DNA of 64,000 bases from Octopus sinensis (taxonomy: Eukaryota), in assembly GCF_006345805.1 (NCBI RefSeq), contig NC_043001.1:70370001-70434000 (forward strand), in the 5' to 3' direction. The number at the start of each line of letters is the position of its first letter. Positions within the stretch are counted from its first letter, which is position 1. Of the stretch, positions 1 through 13,758 are shown one piece after another. The notes beneath the pieces are model-generated. The model did no database searches and was not told where the DNA came from. It saw only the letters and a list, made by a program, of their open reading frames with translations. The position numbers were made by a program, and so were the translations under genes.

Positions 1-199
1 AGGACTGGTATTATTAAAAGGAATGAGTAAGTTATACTAAGGAGAGATGGACTAATATGTGGGATGTGGAATTTAAACTCGGTTATGCTGGTATGGGGAT
101 ATTACACCAGGATTACATATAAGGGACCTAGATGTGTAAAACTATTAAAGTAGCTTTAATATGGAAGTTAATATATGCCATCATTTAATATCGAAATTT

Positions 200-560
200 A
201 CTATTTCCGTGGTAAAGTACTCTGGGTGCTATTTGTGGAGATAATGCAAAGGGTCTCTAACGCTATTTAGATTTAGAGACGGTAAAAAACGAATCTAATA
301 TCTTTATCTTTAAGCTTCCAAATATATGTACTTAATCCGTTCGAGTTAATCTTATTTCTGTTTCTGAAACAATGTTGGTGTGCGGCTAGTCTTCGTTTCA
401 TTTCATTTTGGATAGTTCCCATGCAAATCTTTTTACTAAGACAGTGCACTGGTAAATTACATCTTTTCTTTTATAAATATTTGCCAGGGTGCAATTATCT
501 TTATTTCTACAGTCACATAGGTGGTGTTGTGGGGGAGAATAACTTGCTAGAGGGTTGGTG
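200..560 (-). mobile_element. Penelope-like element, degenerate GIY-YIG endonuclease fragment
   Basis: The minus strand translates, with a frameshift, as LCDCRNKDNCTLAN..KDVIYQCTV / ICMGTIQNEMKRRLAAHQHCFRNRNKINSNGLSTYIWKLKDK. This matches the PLE pattern CxC..C..VIY..YIG..KxR..H..F..LSxYIW. Confidence 0.75.
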
Positions 561-1256
561 ATACGCGTATTAAGATTGATAGGGTTAATATGGTTCTGAG
601 AGATATCGTTACTAAATTTGGTGTGGTTATGGGGGTTATTATTTTTATTCTTGCTATTAGTGCTATTGTTGTTATAGAAAATTCTAGTTTTGTATTATTT
701 AGGGAGTTATGCGTGAGACTATAACCTATCTTTATTACTCTACTATTAATACTTTTTGAATACCTGCTACTCTTATCGAAGTAGTTATTTATAATTTTAA
801 ATATTCATTTAGCTAAGACAGTTTTTACTTGCATTGCATAAGGGAGTATAAGCCAATTAATGTCTTTCCTTCTTTCGGTTATCTTGTCGAACGACACAAT
901 TTTATTGCTCTTGGAGTGATGCATGTATTGTATGTGTTTTTTAGTATTAATCTTACTGTCTAATCTTTACCCGTAAATGCCGCTATTACTGATGCTACGA
1001 CTCGGTTTCTACATATAATGGTTTGAGTTATTGATGTTGTCATCGACATTAGTGAATATATTGGCATTATTCATGCCTCGCTTAGTTCTCATCATTTTAT
1101 CATTATTGTTGTTCTACTTAGCGTTGCAATTTCCATTTGTGTCGTGTACTATATGTCTCTCTGCATAATTACTCAATTTAGTTACGTTTCTATCTTCTGT
1201 AATATTGATATTAATACTATCAATATTGTCCCTATTCATTGAGTTCCCTATATGGG

Positions 1257-1275
1257 ATATATATGTATGTATATA

Positions 1276-1325
<50 letters not shown>

Positions 1326-1658
1326 ATATATAATATATTATATATATGTATATATGTATGTATATATATATAATATATATATATGTATGTATATATATAT
1401 ATATATATATAATATATATATATAATTTATATATAGATGGCATTATACATACATATGCCCTCTATATATAAATTAATATAAATTAATATGTTCAATAAGA
1501 AATAATTATTTTCGAAATTTTTTCTCTTATGAGGTTTTTACGCTATCTACCTGACAATTTCTTAAGTTTTCCTTATTAAGTAGTTGTCCTTAATTGCTAT
1601 ATATATATATATATATATATATATAACTATATACATATATGTATATATATATATATAA

Positions 1659-1711
<53 letters not shown>

Positions 1712-1818
1712 GATAAAGTTATGGTAAATAAATGTAAACATTTTCATTTTCTCGAGCATCAAACTAATACACTTGCTTGTTCATATACTTGTCTTCCCCC
1801 TTTCCTTTAAATTCCACC

Positions 1819-1912
<94 letters not shown>

Positions 1913-1922
1913 CATATATATA

Positions 1923-1984
<62 letters not shown>

Positions 1985-2169
1985 CACATATATATATATA
2001 CATATATTTATATATATATAGGTGAAATTTTTTAAAAAAGGGGGATGACAAGTATATGAACAAACAAGTGTATTAGTTTGATGCTCGAGAAAATGAAAAT
2101 GTTTTATGTTTATTTACCATAACTTCTTCATACATACATACATACATACATGTATAAATACATACATAC

Positions 2170-2214
<45 letters not shown>

Positions 2215-2225
2215 TATATATATAT
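1257..2225. repeat. Cluster of (TA)n/(TACA)n microsatellites
   Basis: Directly visible dinucleotide tracts, which produce the YIYI pseudo-ORFs. Confidence 0.95.
1716..2125. repeat. ~105-bp imperfect inverted repeat flanking a (TA)n tract
   Basis: 1716-1820 (aagttatggtaaata...ctcgagcatcaaactaatacacttg...ccacct) is the reverse complement of 2019-2125 (aggtgaa...caagtgtattagtttgatgctcgag...tatttaccataactt). Confidence 0.9.
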
Positions 2226-2227
2226 TT

Positions 2228-2475
2228 TATCAAATTAAACTACAAGGATATCCAGAGGTAATGCAGTACGATAGTTCATGCAACTCCATTTAATTGAACA
2301 ATATAATAATTACATAAATGTAAAATGTAGATCAATCTTCAGCTGCACAAAGACATAGAATTTAATCAAATTAGAACAGATGGACATATTAGTATAATTA
2401 TGCCTAAAATCTCCAAGAAGTTACGGAAATAGTCAAAGAAGCTGTTGTACCTACAACAGCATATTAGTAACTAAA
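2228..2475. mobile_element. Interspersed repeat, same family as 6621-7153 (probable PLE terminal repeat)
   Basis: acaaggatatccagaggtaatgc...aatcttcagctg...atagaattta is shared with 6637-6765. Confidence 0.7.
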
Positions 2476-2639
2476 ATTTTCAAGGAGACACTGCCTGTCA
2501 CTGATTCTTTGTTTCTTTATATGGGGTCAGTTTTAATTTATAGACTAGTTTATCAAATCCTTTGTATATTTAAGGCTGAGAGAATCAGAGGGCCGTATTT
2601 GTTTGGGGTAGACTTGAGGGAGTAGACAGACATTCTAGA

Positions 2640-4195
2640 TGGTATAGTCATAAAAATCAATGTTTATTAGAATTTATAATTTATCTAATTTGTAGTACAT
2701 TTGTTCTCTCATCTAAATGGTAAATCTTCCTGATAACCTCAAATTTTAACCTTATACAGAAAATGACATATTGTTTAAAATAGTTTTAGTAATTAATTTT
2801 GTTATTCCTTTCTTAAAATATTCCATCCTCTTAATTTTGGTATTTATATTGGCTTTATACAAATAGCCCTTCCAATTAAGTACTCCTAAGAAACTAATAT
2901 CATTTATGGATTAACAGAAATAACTTTTGAAATCTATATTATACCTCTTAATTTAATATTAATATATGGTTAGCTTGTCCTTTGAACAAAAATTATCTTT
3001 TCAACTAATACCGGGTTTCAGCCCTGATTATAGTAAACTAAATTAGTTAACAATTTTTAGGTCATAAATTATTATACATTTTGTATAAATACTTCATGGT
3101 TAATAAGATATGAATATTTTATTTTATTATATTTTTTTAGTGATTAAATTGCTCTTATTCCTTTTCCATGATATTCTACCCTAAGTCCTCATTTTATTAC
3201 TGCTTTTATTGTTATTTTTATAGCAGCCTCAAATAAATCTAATACATGTACCCCTATTAATTCATACTCAGCTTATATAAGGCAATACTAGTATCTCCAC
3301 AGCTTAAATTTATTCAGTTAAATCAGTATATAGTTGACATGCTCTTTAACCTCAGTTGCCCCCTTATTAAATACCAGTTTGATCACTCGCCATATAAATC
3401 ATATAAGTTCATATTATATGAACTTATTATATGTTCATATTTTAAATAAGTAGTAAGTATATAAATGTTAATCTATTTCTTTGACATTTCTTTTTCCTCC
3501 CTTTATTGTGGTAAAAAATGTTGGTATGTACTCAAAATATTCAAAAATGTGGTCTTATTTTGTTAAAATTTTCATTCTTAATAATCTTTTTGGTTACCCT
3601 AAAAAAATTTAACCTCATACAGTATGACAATATTGTTTGAAATGATCTTTAGAAATTACTTGATTTTTCTCTTTCTTAAATGGCTCTACCCTACTGATTT
3701 TAGTATTTATAAGGACTTTTATATTAAAATAACCTTTCTAAACAAGTACCACTAAGAAACTATAAATATCATGTAGGGATTAATATTAAACATATAATAT
3801 AACCCTTAATTAAAAAAAAAGAAGATTAGTGTAAAATAGAATTGTTCCACAACTTAAATATTCCTTTAGCCGATACCAAACATCAGTCTTTTATAGATAT
3901 TAGCTAAATAAGTAAATATAATTTTTACTCAAATATAATTCGAATTATTATATTTTTCTAAAAAAAAATCTTCTCTATTGATGAACAAGCTACATACGTT
4001 TTGCCATAGTATTAGTAATTAAGCCATTTTATTCCTTTTCTATGGTGTTCTGCCCTTGATTATTTTATTTTATTTTATAATTAGCCTTTATTTATTTATA
4101 AAATTATTCTAAGTTTTTGTATCTCTATAAATTCATACCTATAATATATTCACTGCTTCTAGGAAGACTGCTTAGATTAAAATTTTATCAACATA
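2640..4195. repeat. Old diverged tandem duplication (~865-bp period), related sequence resuming at ~5760-6050
   Basis: aagtactcctaagaaacta (2878) matches aagtaccactaagaaacta (3744). aaccttatacagaaaatgacatattgttt matches aacctcatacagtatgacaatattgttt. tattgtggtaaaa occurs at ~3504 and ~5912. Confidence 0.6.
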
Positions 4196-5758
4196 CTAGC
4201 ATTATGACCCGTCGTTGCCGTGTCATAGTGCTAGTGCATGTATATATGTGTATATATATATGTGTGTGTGTACATATTACATGTACATCTATATATATAA
4301 ATCTACACATAAAATACAAAATACAAAGTTACATCTTGATATCGCTAGTGATAACAATACTCAAAATATATAACAGACTGGAATTGTAAGGCCCGTCTCT
4401 TTCAATTTCTATCAATTGTATGTTGTCCTCCTTCTTGTATAGAAGTGTGGCTACAATCCAGCCTTCCTCTACTTCTGGATGGGGGAACATTTTAAATTTT
4501 TATTCGGGACGTCCTACACCCCAAATATAAAGGTAAAAATAAAATATTTCCACTTTGCAAGGTTCGAGTCGAGTACTCCCTTGCACGCTCCGTTGACTCG
4601 AAGCTTGCTTCTATTGTGGCGAATTTACCGCCTCTGGTTAGATATCTTTCATAGTCGCATCAAGACACATTTCGATGGTGCTTTCCTCCAGGTGTTCAAA
4701 TCTTTTATTTTCTATACATTGTATATTTTATAGACAATAGTCTTTCCTTTAATTTAATTTTTTATTTCGTTTTGTCGGTGATCAATCCGAAATAGGTTTG
4801 TATTTCTTCCATTTTAATTTTAATGAGTTCGCGCCCGCCAACGGCTACAGCGAAATTCATTTTTGAACTTTCTTCTATCGAAGGCGTTCTAACAAAAATG
4901 CTTCCGTGTAAACGGTGAAAATATTGTCAATTTCCCCAAACAGGGACACAATTCAATTTTTAAACAATAATCAAAGCTCCCTCTCCCAAAGGGGGAGGGT
5001 TACAGTTTACAATTATTTAACAAATGCAACACAACAACATTTCCCTTACGAGGAACCAACAGACGTAATAACTATATTTAAACAGTAATAATAATAACAA
5101 CAAACCTTACAGTGAATCAAAAGGCAGCATGCAGTTGAAGCTATAGTCCTTTATGTATAAGAAATAAACCAACAGCAGTAATCAGTAGAAGCGGCTGTTC
5201 GAGAAAACAGACATTACATACAGCCAAACTTCATATAGATACTTAATGCTAGCTAATTAGCAGATAATCTAATGTAAAAGCCGTGGTAAACGGTATGTGC
5301 ACAGCTCCATCTGGACTATTCCATTTCTGCACGCTAATTTTATTTTTAATTTATTCCCATTCATGTGAAACCACTTATTCAAGTTCAAGTCATTGATGCA
5401 ATTTTATACCAATTGCTATTTTTACTTTTGTTATGTTACGATTATATTATACTTTAGTTTGATTTTAATTATTAATTACTACATATAATTCAATTTTTAT
5501 TATTATCTCTAATTTTTATTGTTAAAGTGAAAGTATCTGATTTTATTTCACTTTTAACACGTAATACTGAAATAGTGGAGAAGATATGCTATTGCTATGG
5601 GCTCGCCCTAGGCAAGAAGTTGAACATTTTCTTTGCCCATGAAACTGCATGGACCTAAATTGGTTGTGTATTTCTCAAGTTTTAGGGAAACACACAGACA
5701 GACAGACACACACACACACACACACACACACACATTCTCAGTTTTATATATAGAGAGA
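4196..5758 (-). mobile_element. Non-autonomous Helitron-like element
   Basis: On the minus strand it starts TC(TCTATATATAAAA) followed by (GT)n/(GTCT)n and ends with a subterminal hairpin (tatgac..gtcata) and CTAG|T at 4199-4196. It interrupts the duplicated sequence on either side. Confidence 0.6.
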
Positions 5759-6049
5759 TAATTAGCATGTTCTTTTACCTCAATACTCCTTTATTAATAT
5801 CAGTAAATATCATTTAATCTATATTCACAGACACCATCTTATGAGTTAGAATTTAAGTTTACAATATGTATAAATATTAAACTATTTCTATATAATTTCT
5901 TTTCCCCCCTCTATTGTGGTAAAAGTTTCATATATACTCATATGTATTCATAAGTTTCTACATTTTTGCTACAATATTCTTCTTAATAATCTCTTGAATA
6001 ACCCTAAACTTCAACTAACGCCTCAATTTAAGCACCATATTCATCTGAA

Positions 6050-6306
<257 letters not shown>

Positions 6307-6610
6307 GGAGGTGCAATGGCCTAGTGGTTGGGGCAGCGGACTCGCGGTCGAAGGATCGCGGTTTCGATTCCCAGACCGGGCGTTGTGAGTGTTTATTGAG
6401 CGAAAACACCTAAAAGCTCCACGAGGCTCCGGCAGGGGGGGTGATCCCTGCTGTACTCTTTCACCACTCTTTCTCTCCCTCTTTCTTCTGTTGGCCTGCT
6501 CGCTTAGCCAGCGGGGTGGCGTCATTCGAAGGCTAAAACAATGCGAACGCATTGTGACCAGCGATGTGTAAAACATCTGATGGTCTGGTCGGTCACGTGA
6601 TCCCGTGATA
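6307..6610 (+). mobile_element. tRNA-derived SINE
   Basis: Pol III A box TGGCCTAGTGG and B box GGTTTCGATTCC, followed by a body and a cacgtgat repeat tail. It is inserted in (TA)n. Confidence 0.85.
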
Positions 6611-6620
6611 TATGTATATA

Positions 6621-7152
6621 TATAATCAAAATAAACAACAAGGATATCCAGAGGTAATGCCGTATGATGGTTTAATGCGACTCTATTTAATCGAACAATG
6701 TAAATATTACATCAATTTTAAAATGTAGAGCAATCTTCAGCTGTATAAAAATATAGAATTTAGTTAAATTCGAAGGATTCATTTGTATAGTTTTCTTATC
6801 CAAAATCGCAAAGAGGATAAGTAGATAGCCAAAGAACATGTTTCCAACTATGATGCTGTTGATGAAACATGTTCTCTATCTACTTTGGATAATAAGAAAA
6901 CTATACGAATGAATCCTTCGAATTTAACTAAATTCTATATTTTCTTGCAGCTGAAGATTGCTCTACACTTTAAAATTGATGTAATATTTACAATGTTCAA
7001 TTGAATGGAGTCGCATGCAGCGACCGTACTTCATTACCGCTGGATATGCTTGTTGCTTATTTTGATTATAATCACCCCATTTTGAATTATTTGGATAATA
7101 CCACACTAAATTCTGGTACCACATTCAACTGAATCTAAATTTTACTGAACTT

Positions 7153-7153
<1 letters not shown>
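6621..7153. mobile_element. Fold-back pair of a PLE-type terminal repeat (~225-bp imperfect arms)
   Basis: 6621-6848 is the imperfect reverse complement of 6858-7070. The apex contains GAAAC-AT-GTT. Confidence 0.8.
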
Positions 7154-7202
<49 letters not shown>

Positions 7203-8964
7203 ATGTGTATATATTATAAATATGTGTGTGTGTGTAATTGTGGTTATCTACATCCCCATCTTCAAACCAGCTTCCCTTGAATTACTATTTTAGCCACCCT
7301 TGATACCGAGCTCGTAGTCCTGGATAAAGTATTGTGAGACTATTGTTTAAATTTATCTGAGCACTACAACTTGTTTTCCATACATATATATATATATACA
7401 TACACACTAAATTTACATACATATATGTATATATACATATTTATATATGTGTATGTTTGTAATTATATGTATGTGTGTATGTAAGAATGTATGTATGTCT
7501 AATGACGCCAAGGAAGTGAGATTTTCACAGATCACATTGATTTCGTTACTGTTAGAAAAGTGTATGATCTCTTCATGTATATATAACACAGATATTTAAT
7601 CCACCTTCATATTCCATAATGTTATAGCATAATTTTTCTCATAATCTTCTTTCCCTGTCTAGACAATCGACCTTTTACTGAGAAAAACACTTCCAGGTGT
7701 ATCTAGCAGCTAGAAATAGTGAGCAAATTTCTATGAATACTCATTAAGGAAAATATACTTTGGATAATATTAGCAAATAATTTCATTGTTATGAAGTGAC
7801 TCGTGGATGGACAGTGCATATACAAACGGTATTAAGGACTTTTTTGTGCCTCTATATTCATAGAACAGATAAGGTAAATTTCCTGCAAAATGATTTAAGT
7901 TGGTGAACTGTGTACGACCAGACAAGTCTCAATGTTGTAGGATCCAATCCAAGGGAGGACAAAGAAGAAATAACATGACATATTCGCGGGTATTTAGGAA
8001 GAGAACTACTAGAAATATTGAGGGTCTTTATTTCGATTGAGAGCAGTAAGTTTATTACATTATCTACTGTTCTATTCAATATGGAATAGATTTGTAATAT
8101 TTTGTTGTTGCAGATTTTGTTTTGATATCTTGATCTCGATTATTCAAAGTTGAATGCATTTGAGCTTCGGATGTTTACTCTCTGAAATGCTTTGGTGCCA
8201 AGAAAGTTTAGTTATTTTTCTACATGATCTTTAACTTCTGTACGTGACGTGTGTTTCTCTCATTCATATTGAAGTATGGGAATAGGGTTAGTGCAGGTGA
8301 AAGAAAAGTGACATATAATCAAAGCGTGATCAACGTTGATTTGCAAGTCGTAACATCCGCTGACGGTCATATACACCTACCAGGGTTGTATTTACTCACT
8401 TAAGGACATACAGACAAATGAAATAAGTCACTAGATGTAAGACAAAAGTTCTAGTTTTTCACTTGAGGAAATTAAAATCAATTGATAAAAACGATGCTTT
8501 GTAAGTAGAAAAGAAAGGAAAGCAGCAGAGAATAGCTGAGCTAACAACATCAGTATCACTTCCAAAAGTTCTTGTTGCAGGGAATTACTTTGTGCCGGGG
8601 ACTGGAGTTTAGTGAGCAGTGATTCATATTTCAACCATAACACCCAACAGAACCACCGCAATCGTTCTCTGATGTCAAAAGAAGGAGCAGAAGAACCAGA
8701 ATGAAAATATGAAATACAAAGAAAACCTTAAAACGAAGGGTAAATCCCACGAAAATGAGACGAAAAAGCCTGAGGTAGTTCTAGCTCTTCAGTGAGATAA
8801 CGTGGAGTTCATAGAATTGTGGCAGGAAAACAAAGAATAATTGGTATTTCTAAAGAAGCATCTTTTAAAAATTATTGTGCTGCTGATCACTGGCTTCGAT
8901 TTAATCGATAAGCCCTTTATTCGAAGGTTTCAGCACTTGTATCTATAGTACAATTGATTATTTA

Positions 8965-9240
8965 GCTAGCAGAATCGTTATCATTCCGAACATGTTTGAG
9001 TTCAAATTCTGTCTAACTGATTCTCATCACTTCTGGGTTGAATAGCCGGGTGAAATGCTCAGTGGTATTTCGTCCGTCTCTACTGTCAGTGTTCAAATTC
9101 CGTTGTCGAGGGAAAATATTCCTTGCATCCTTTCAAGCTCGATAAATTAAGTACCAGTGAAACACTGGGGTCGGTGTAATCGACTATACCCCTCCCCCAA
9201 ATTTCACACCTCGTGTCTATAGTAGAAAGGATTATTATTA
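8965..9240 (+). mobile_element. SINE with conserved central domain (Meta/Nin-type)
   Basis: B-box-like gttcaaattcc, core catcctttc..tcgataaattaagtaccag..gtaatcgact, and (ATT)n tail. Related copies lie at 9860-10020, 15105-15225(-), 31080-31450(-), 41490-41720(-) and 50835-51000. Confidence 0.7.
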
Positions 9241-9250
9241 TTATTATTAT

Positions 9251-9784
9251 TGAGTGAGAGAGCAGTTTATGCCATCAAAGTGACACTGGGGTAAAATATA
9301 CGAAGCCCAATATACCCATCATGACTACCCGTCTGATAAGGGTACACCAGGCACATGCATCACAACCATATGTGCGCGGCATGGTAATCTCATATCAAGG
9401 TAAACAGCACATGACCTTGCAGGTGGGGCCCAGTTAGAATTTTCTTCAGGTCGAGTAGCCCATCCCGCTCAAAAGGTCCCTGAATAAGGGTTGTTTAAGG
9501 ATGTTGAAAGAACCACCCATGTTTCCAGAGGTGAATTATTCAAACCCCAAAGAATCCCTCTCAACACATGGCCATGATGCTCTCCCACTACTTCTGCTCG
9601 TGATCAGAGATGCACATATCGTCAGCCACTAAGGGACATGCTCAACTGGTTAAGGTCAAACAACTGACAAGCAAATCTGTGGTATTGAGCAGAATATTTG
9701 CTGTAGCCCATCTTTTATACCAAGACAAAGCAATGTACATGATGACACTTCCAATCAGTTAAGATCAGAAGCCATGAGAGCCAC

Positions 9785-9786
<2 letters not shown>
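9251..9786 (-). mobile_element. ~540-bp non-coding retroposon inserted in (TAA)n
   Basis: Flanked on both sides by (TTA)n. A second, internally deleted copy lies at 46669-47040 (gagtgagagagc..gccatcaaagtgacactggggtaa). Confidence 0.8.
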
Positions 9787-9853
<67 letters not shown>

Positions 9854-11356
9854 TGTTAGCATACCAGTGAAAATATTTAGCCGTATTTCTGCGTATATGT
9901 CCACCGAGGTCCGCTTTGCTTATTATCGATTCGAGGCAGATGAAATAAATACCAGTCAAATACTAGGGTGTCTGTAATCGACTTCTCCCCATTCCCAAAT
10001 TCCAGTCCTTCTGTCAATAATTAAAGAAACTATTGTTGTTGCTATTAACATATGTATGTCATGCGTAGGATCCAAAATGCAGAGAGACATACGTTATGCG
10101 TGCCAGATTGTTTGTCAGATCCACCCATGACATTAAATTTTGAAGTAGTGTTCCGTTATTTATTTGTCACCAATTATAACATTATTAGTAAATGCTAATT
10201 TGTTTGCACGGGCTGTGGCTTGTCAACAATTTAATGATTCATTCATGGATGAAAGTAATTTTATGCTCTGAATACGAAATATAATTGAAATGATTCGAAT
10301 AAATGAGAAGACTATGAATGCGAATTCAGAGACCAATAACCGAGTTGGTCGACAATCCACTGGAACGTAAAATATACTACAGTTTTGCTATTTCAATATT
10401 AATATGAAATAAAATTGATTTTTTTTAAAACTGTGTTTTAACTCTTCTATGAAGAATGAAAAATAATATTACAATTATGAATTTTGTTGTACATATATTG
10501 AGATAATACTGAGCACAAAATCAATATAGGAATTACGTTATATTTAATTTTCTATATAATAGTAATAATGTATAACATGAAAGCCATTTGTCTTATTAGT
10601 TAAGTTTCACTCGGCAGAATATTACAATTAAGTGTTGGCTAATGCTCTCTTTCCTCCATTTATATTTTTTCGTCTGGGACTACTACATTACTATATGCTC
10701 TTTCTAAACTACCAGCTATATACAACTTCTTCAGCCAGAGTCACTTAAAACAGCTTAATCTAATCACCTCACTTTCGGTCGATGATTGGACTTATACTTA
10801 ATATTCATACATATATATATAAAGAGAAGTAAGGAATGAAACAGGTGAAATACAGACTACGACCATTTCATACAGAATTGAGGCTTATTACATTGGTTGT
10901 AACACTCACGCAAACACAAAAACAGCTTAGTTTATCTTCAGATACAATAATTTCTACATTATTGTTTACATTGCTATGAGCAGAAGAGAAAATGAATTAT
11001 TAAACTAGCCACAGCACGAGTGGCAAGTTGAAAAAGAATGACGAAAAAATAAAAATAAAAATAAATGACTGATCAATGTATTAGTTAGAGGATAGGTGTC
11101 CTTAAATGGAAAATAGTGTGGGCATGTTAACAAACGTTAAGTGCCAAGATGATTTCTGGGTAAAGATGAAATGAAGGTGAGTAGGACTAACAATAAAATT
11201 CCATAACCCAAGGACGTCAAATGGAGGAATTGACAGCATAAATGTTTTAGAAAGGTAACTGAAATAAACCATTGGAAGACATTGATCAAAGGATAAAAGC
11301 CGACTTCGGGGTAATAAAAAGCACACAATACTACTTAATCGTAAAACGAGGATACA

Positions 11357-12232
11357 AATATATATATGTTCTTGTCCATGTTGTATTTTTCTACATACCT
11401 TAACATATATTCCAGGCGCCCCGTACCCCCCTTATCATTAATGTGAACACATATTCTTAATAATTGGTACGACTCTCTGTTTGTCTCTCTCTCTCTCTCA
11501 TTTTTACTTGATCTGTCCCCCCCTCTCTCTCTTTTCTCTCTATTCATCTTCTCTTTCCTCTGATCCTTTGGTCTAGTCTTCCACTACCCTCCTATTTCTT
11601 TGTCTCGCTCTGCACTCACAGGTCATTCTTCGACACCCATCCCTTCTCCTCTCTGATTCCTTCTTTCTCTCTCTTTGTTGCGTTTTGTCCCCCTTTTCTC
11701 TCTCTCTCTTCCTTTGCTTCTCTTTCTTTTCTTTTCCCTCTTCTCTGTCACGTGACTGTTGGCCGAAATCTGCCTTTCAGCTCCTGACCCTCGTCGTGTT
11801 AAATCGTTGTTTTTCGTCCGCCGCTATAAAGGCTTTTTCCAATGCGCCAGAGAAAAAATTTGTTTGCTTGTTATCAGTCGTAAGACACTTGTTGTTTTCA
11901 CCGTTAATGCTTCTGTATTTCATGTTTCTGTATTCCATTATTGTTTTTTGTTTTTTTTTATATCTGTCCCTTTTGCTGTCCTGGTGTTCGTATGCATTCG
12001 ATCCTTCTTCCAGGAAATCTACGCTTCCAGCTTAGTTTTTCTAATGCTCGTTGCTTAGTTTTTCTTGGAGGCTGGCCGTGATCTAGTAATCTCAAGATTA
12101 ATCAGCCGAAATACTACGATGATCCGGTTCTTGACTGAAGACTGAGGGTTCGAATGTCTGTCCTGTTTATTGTATCGTCTTCTAAGAGTTATACGTTCTT
12201 GTCCATGTTGTATTTTTTCATACATACTTAAT
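11357..12232 (+). mobile_element. Non-autonomous element with short direct terminal repeat (PLE-like)
   Basis: gttcttgtccatgttgtatttt occurs at ~11368 and ~12195. The tail gatgatccggttcttga..ttcgaat recurs at 57085-57215. Confidence 0.55.
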
Positions 12233-12299
12233 ATATATATATATAATATATATATATAATATATATATATATATATTATATATAAATATATATATTATA

Positions 12300-12364
<65 letters not shown>

Positions 12365-12454
12365 TATTATTATTATTATTATTATTATTAAAACATTATA
12401 TATTATATATTATATATTATATATATTATATATTATATAGTATATATATTATTA

Positions 12455-13468
12455 AAACAGCCGAAATGTTTAGTGTATCAAGAATTACTGTCTCGAAAGT
12501 AATGACTGTCTTTGAGAAAGAGGAAAAAACTTCCTCGTCGAAACAAAACTCCGTAAGAAAACCAACACTTTCAGATAGGGACCGTCGGACTCATAAGTGA
12601 ATTGTTAGAAAGGATCACAAAAGTACAGCGCACAAAATTACTGCAGAACTTAATGACCACCTCGCTAACCCGGTTTCCAAAAAAAACTGTTCGTCGGGAG
12701 CTGCACAAAGCCGGATTTCACGGGTGGGCTGCAGTCAGAAAACCACTGCTTTCTATAACAAATATTGCAAGGCGTTTAGAATGGAGTAATAACCTATAGA
12801 ATTGGTCCCTAGAGCAATGGAAAAATGGTATTTTCTCGAAAAAGTCATCCTTTACCGTATTTCCGACCACCGGCCAAGTATACGTGTGGAGACAGCCAAA
12901 AGAAGCATTTGACCTAGACTGCCTTCTTTCAACTGTTAAGTATGGAGTAAGATCTGTGATGAACTGGGGGGTGGTATCTTGGAAATCCGCCGGCCCAATG
13001 GTTTCCCTTCATGGTAGAGATAATAGTCAATACTATTTAAGCATTGTATGTGATCAAATTCACCCTATGATTACGGAACTGGTTTCGGGGGTAAATGCAA
13101 TCTTTCAGGATAATAATGCACCTTTACACACAGCTAAATTTGTTACTGAATGGCACGAGGAACATTCTAGCGCAGTTGAACATCTTCTCTAGCCACCACA
13201 GTCCCCAGATCTCAATATTATTGAACATTTATGGTGCATTTTAGAAAAGCACTTAAGGAATCGATATCCTCCACCATCATCACTACAAGAACTGGATACT
13301 GTTTTAGCTGAAGAATGGATAAAAATACTTTTTGAAACAATTCACACATTGTACGAGTCCATGCCTCGTAGAATTCAAGCTGTAATTACTATCAAAGGTG
13401 GTTCTACCCATATTGAAATCAATTTGTTTGAAATTTGAAGGTGTTTGAATTATTTTGCCCAAACCCTG
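12455..13468 (+). mobile_element. Tc1-family transposase fossil (5'-truncated)
   Basis: TVRRELHKAGFHG..KPLL, IFQDNNAPLHTA and PPQSPDLNIIEHLW motifs, broken by stops. The right end reads ...ttttgcccaaaccctg|TA. Confidence 0.92.
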
Positions 13469-13529
13469 TATATATTACGCACGCACACATACACATATAT
13501 ATATATATAAATGTATATATATATATACA

Positions 13530-13758
13530 CACCTATGTGTGAGTGTCTTTTTGTCTTCTTTGTCTCACCGTCAACGCTTTTTTATGTTTACGTCCTCCTA
13601 ACTTAGCGGTTAGGCAAATAAATTGATAGAGTAAGTACTATGCTTATAAAATATAAATCCTGGGGTCGATTTGTTCGTCTTAAATCCTCCAAGGTGGTAC
13701 TCCAGCATGACCGAAGTCAAATGACAGAAACTTGTAAAAGAGTAAAAGGGTAAAATAG
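13530..13758 (+). mobile_element. SINE 3' portion
   Basis: cttagcggtt..ctggggtcgatttgttcg..ccagcatgacc..gtcaaatgac..gtaaaaga tail. Similar to 20900-21100, 29405-29672 and 50375-50790. Confidence 0.7.

Noticed and set aside
6307-6380. SINE heads as real tRNA genes (also 23409 and 48393)
   Set aside because: The cloverleaf stems are broken and the sequences continue into SINE bodies.
6440-6542. HDV-like ribozyme resemblance in the SINE body (GCCTGCTCGC..GCTAA)
   Set aside because: L3 is too long, P1.1 and the G1-U wobble are missing, and P4 is weak.
8581-8775. Possible host exon (ttgcag| ... |gtagtt, 195 nt)
   Set aside because: All three frames contain stops and there is no recognisable motif.
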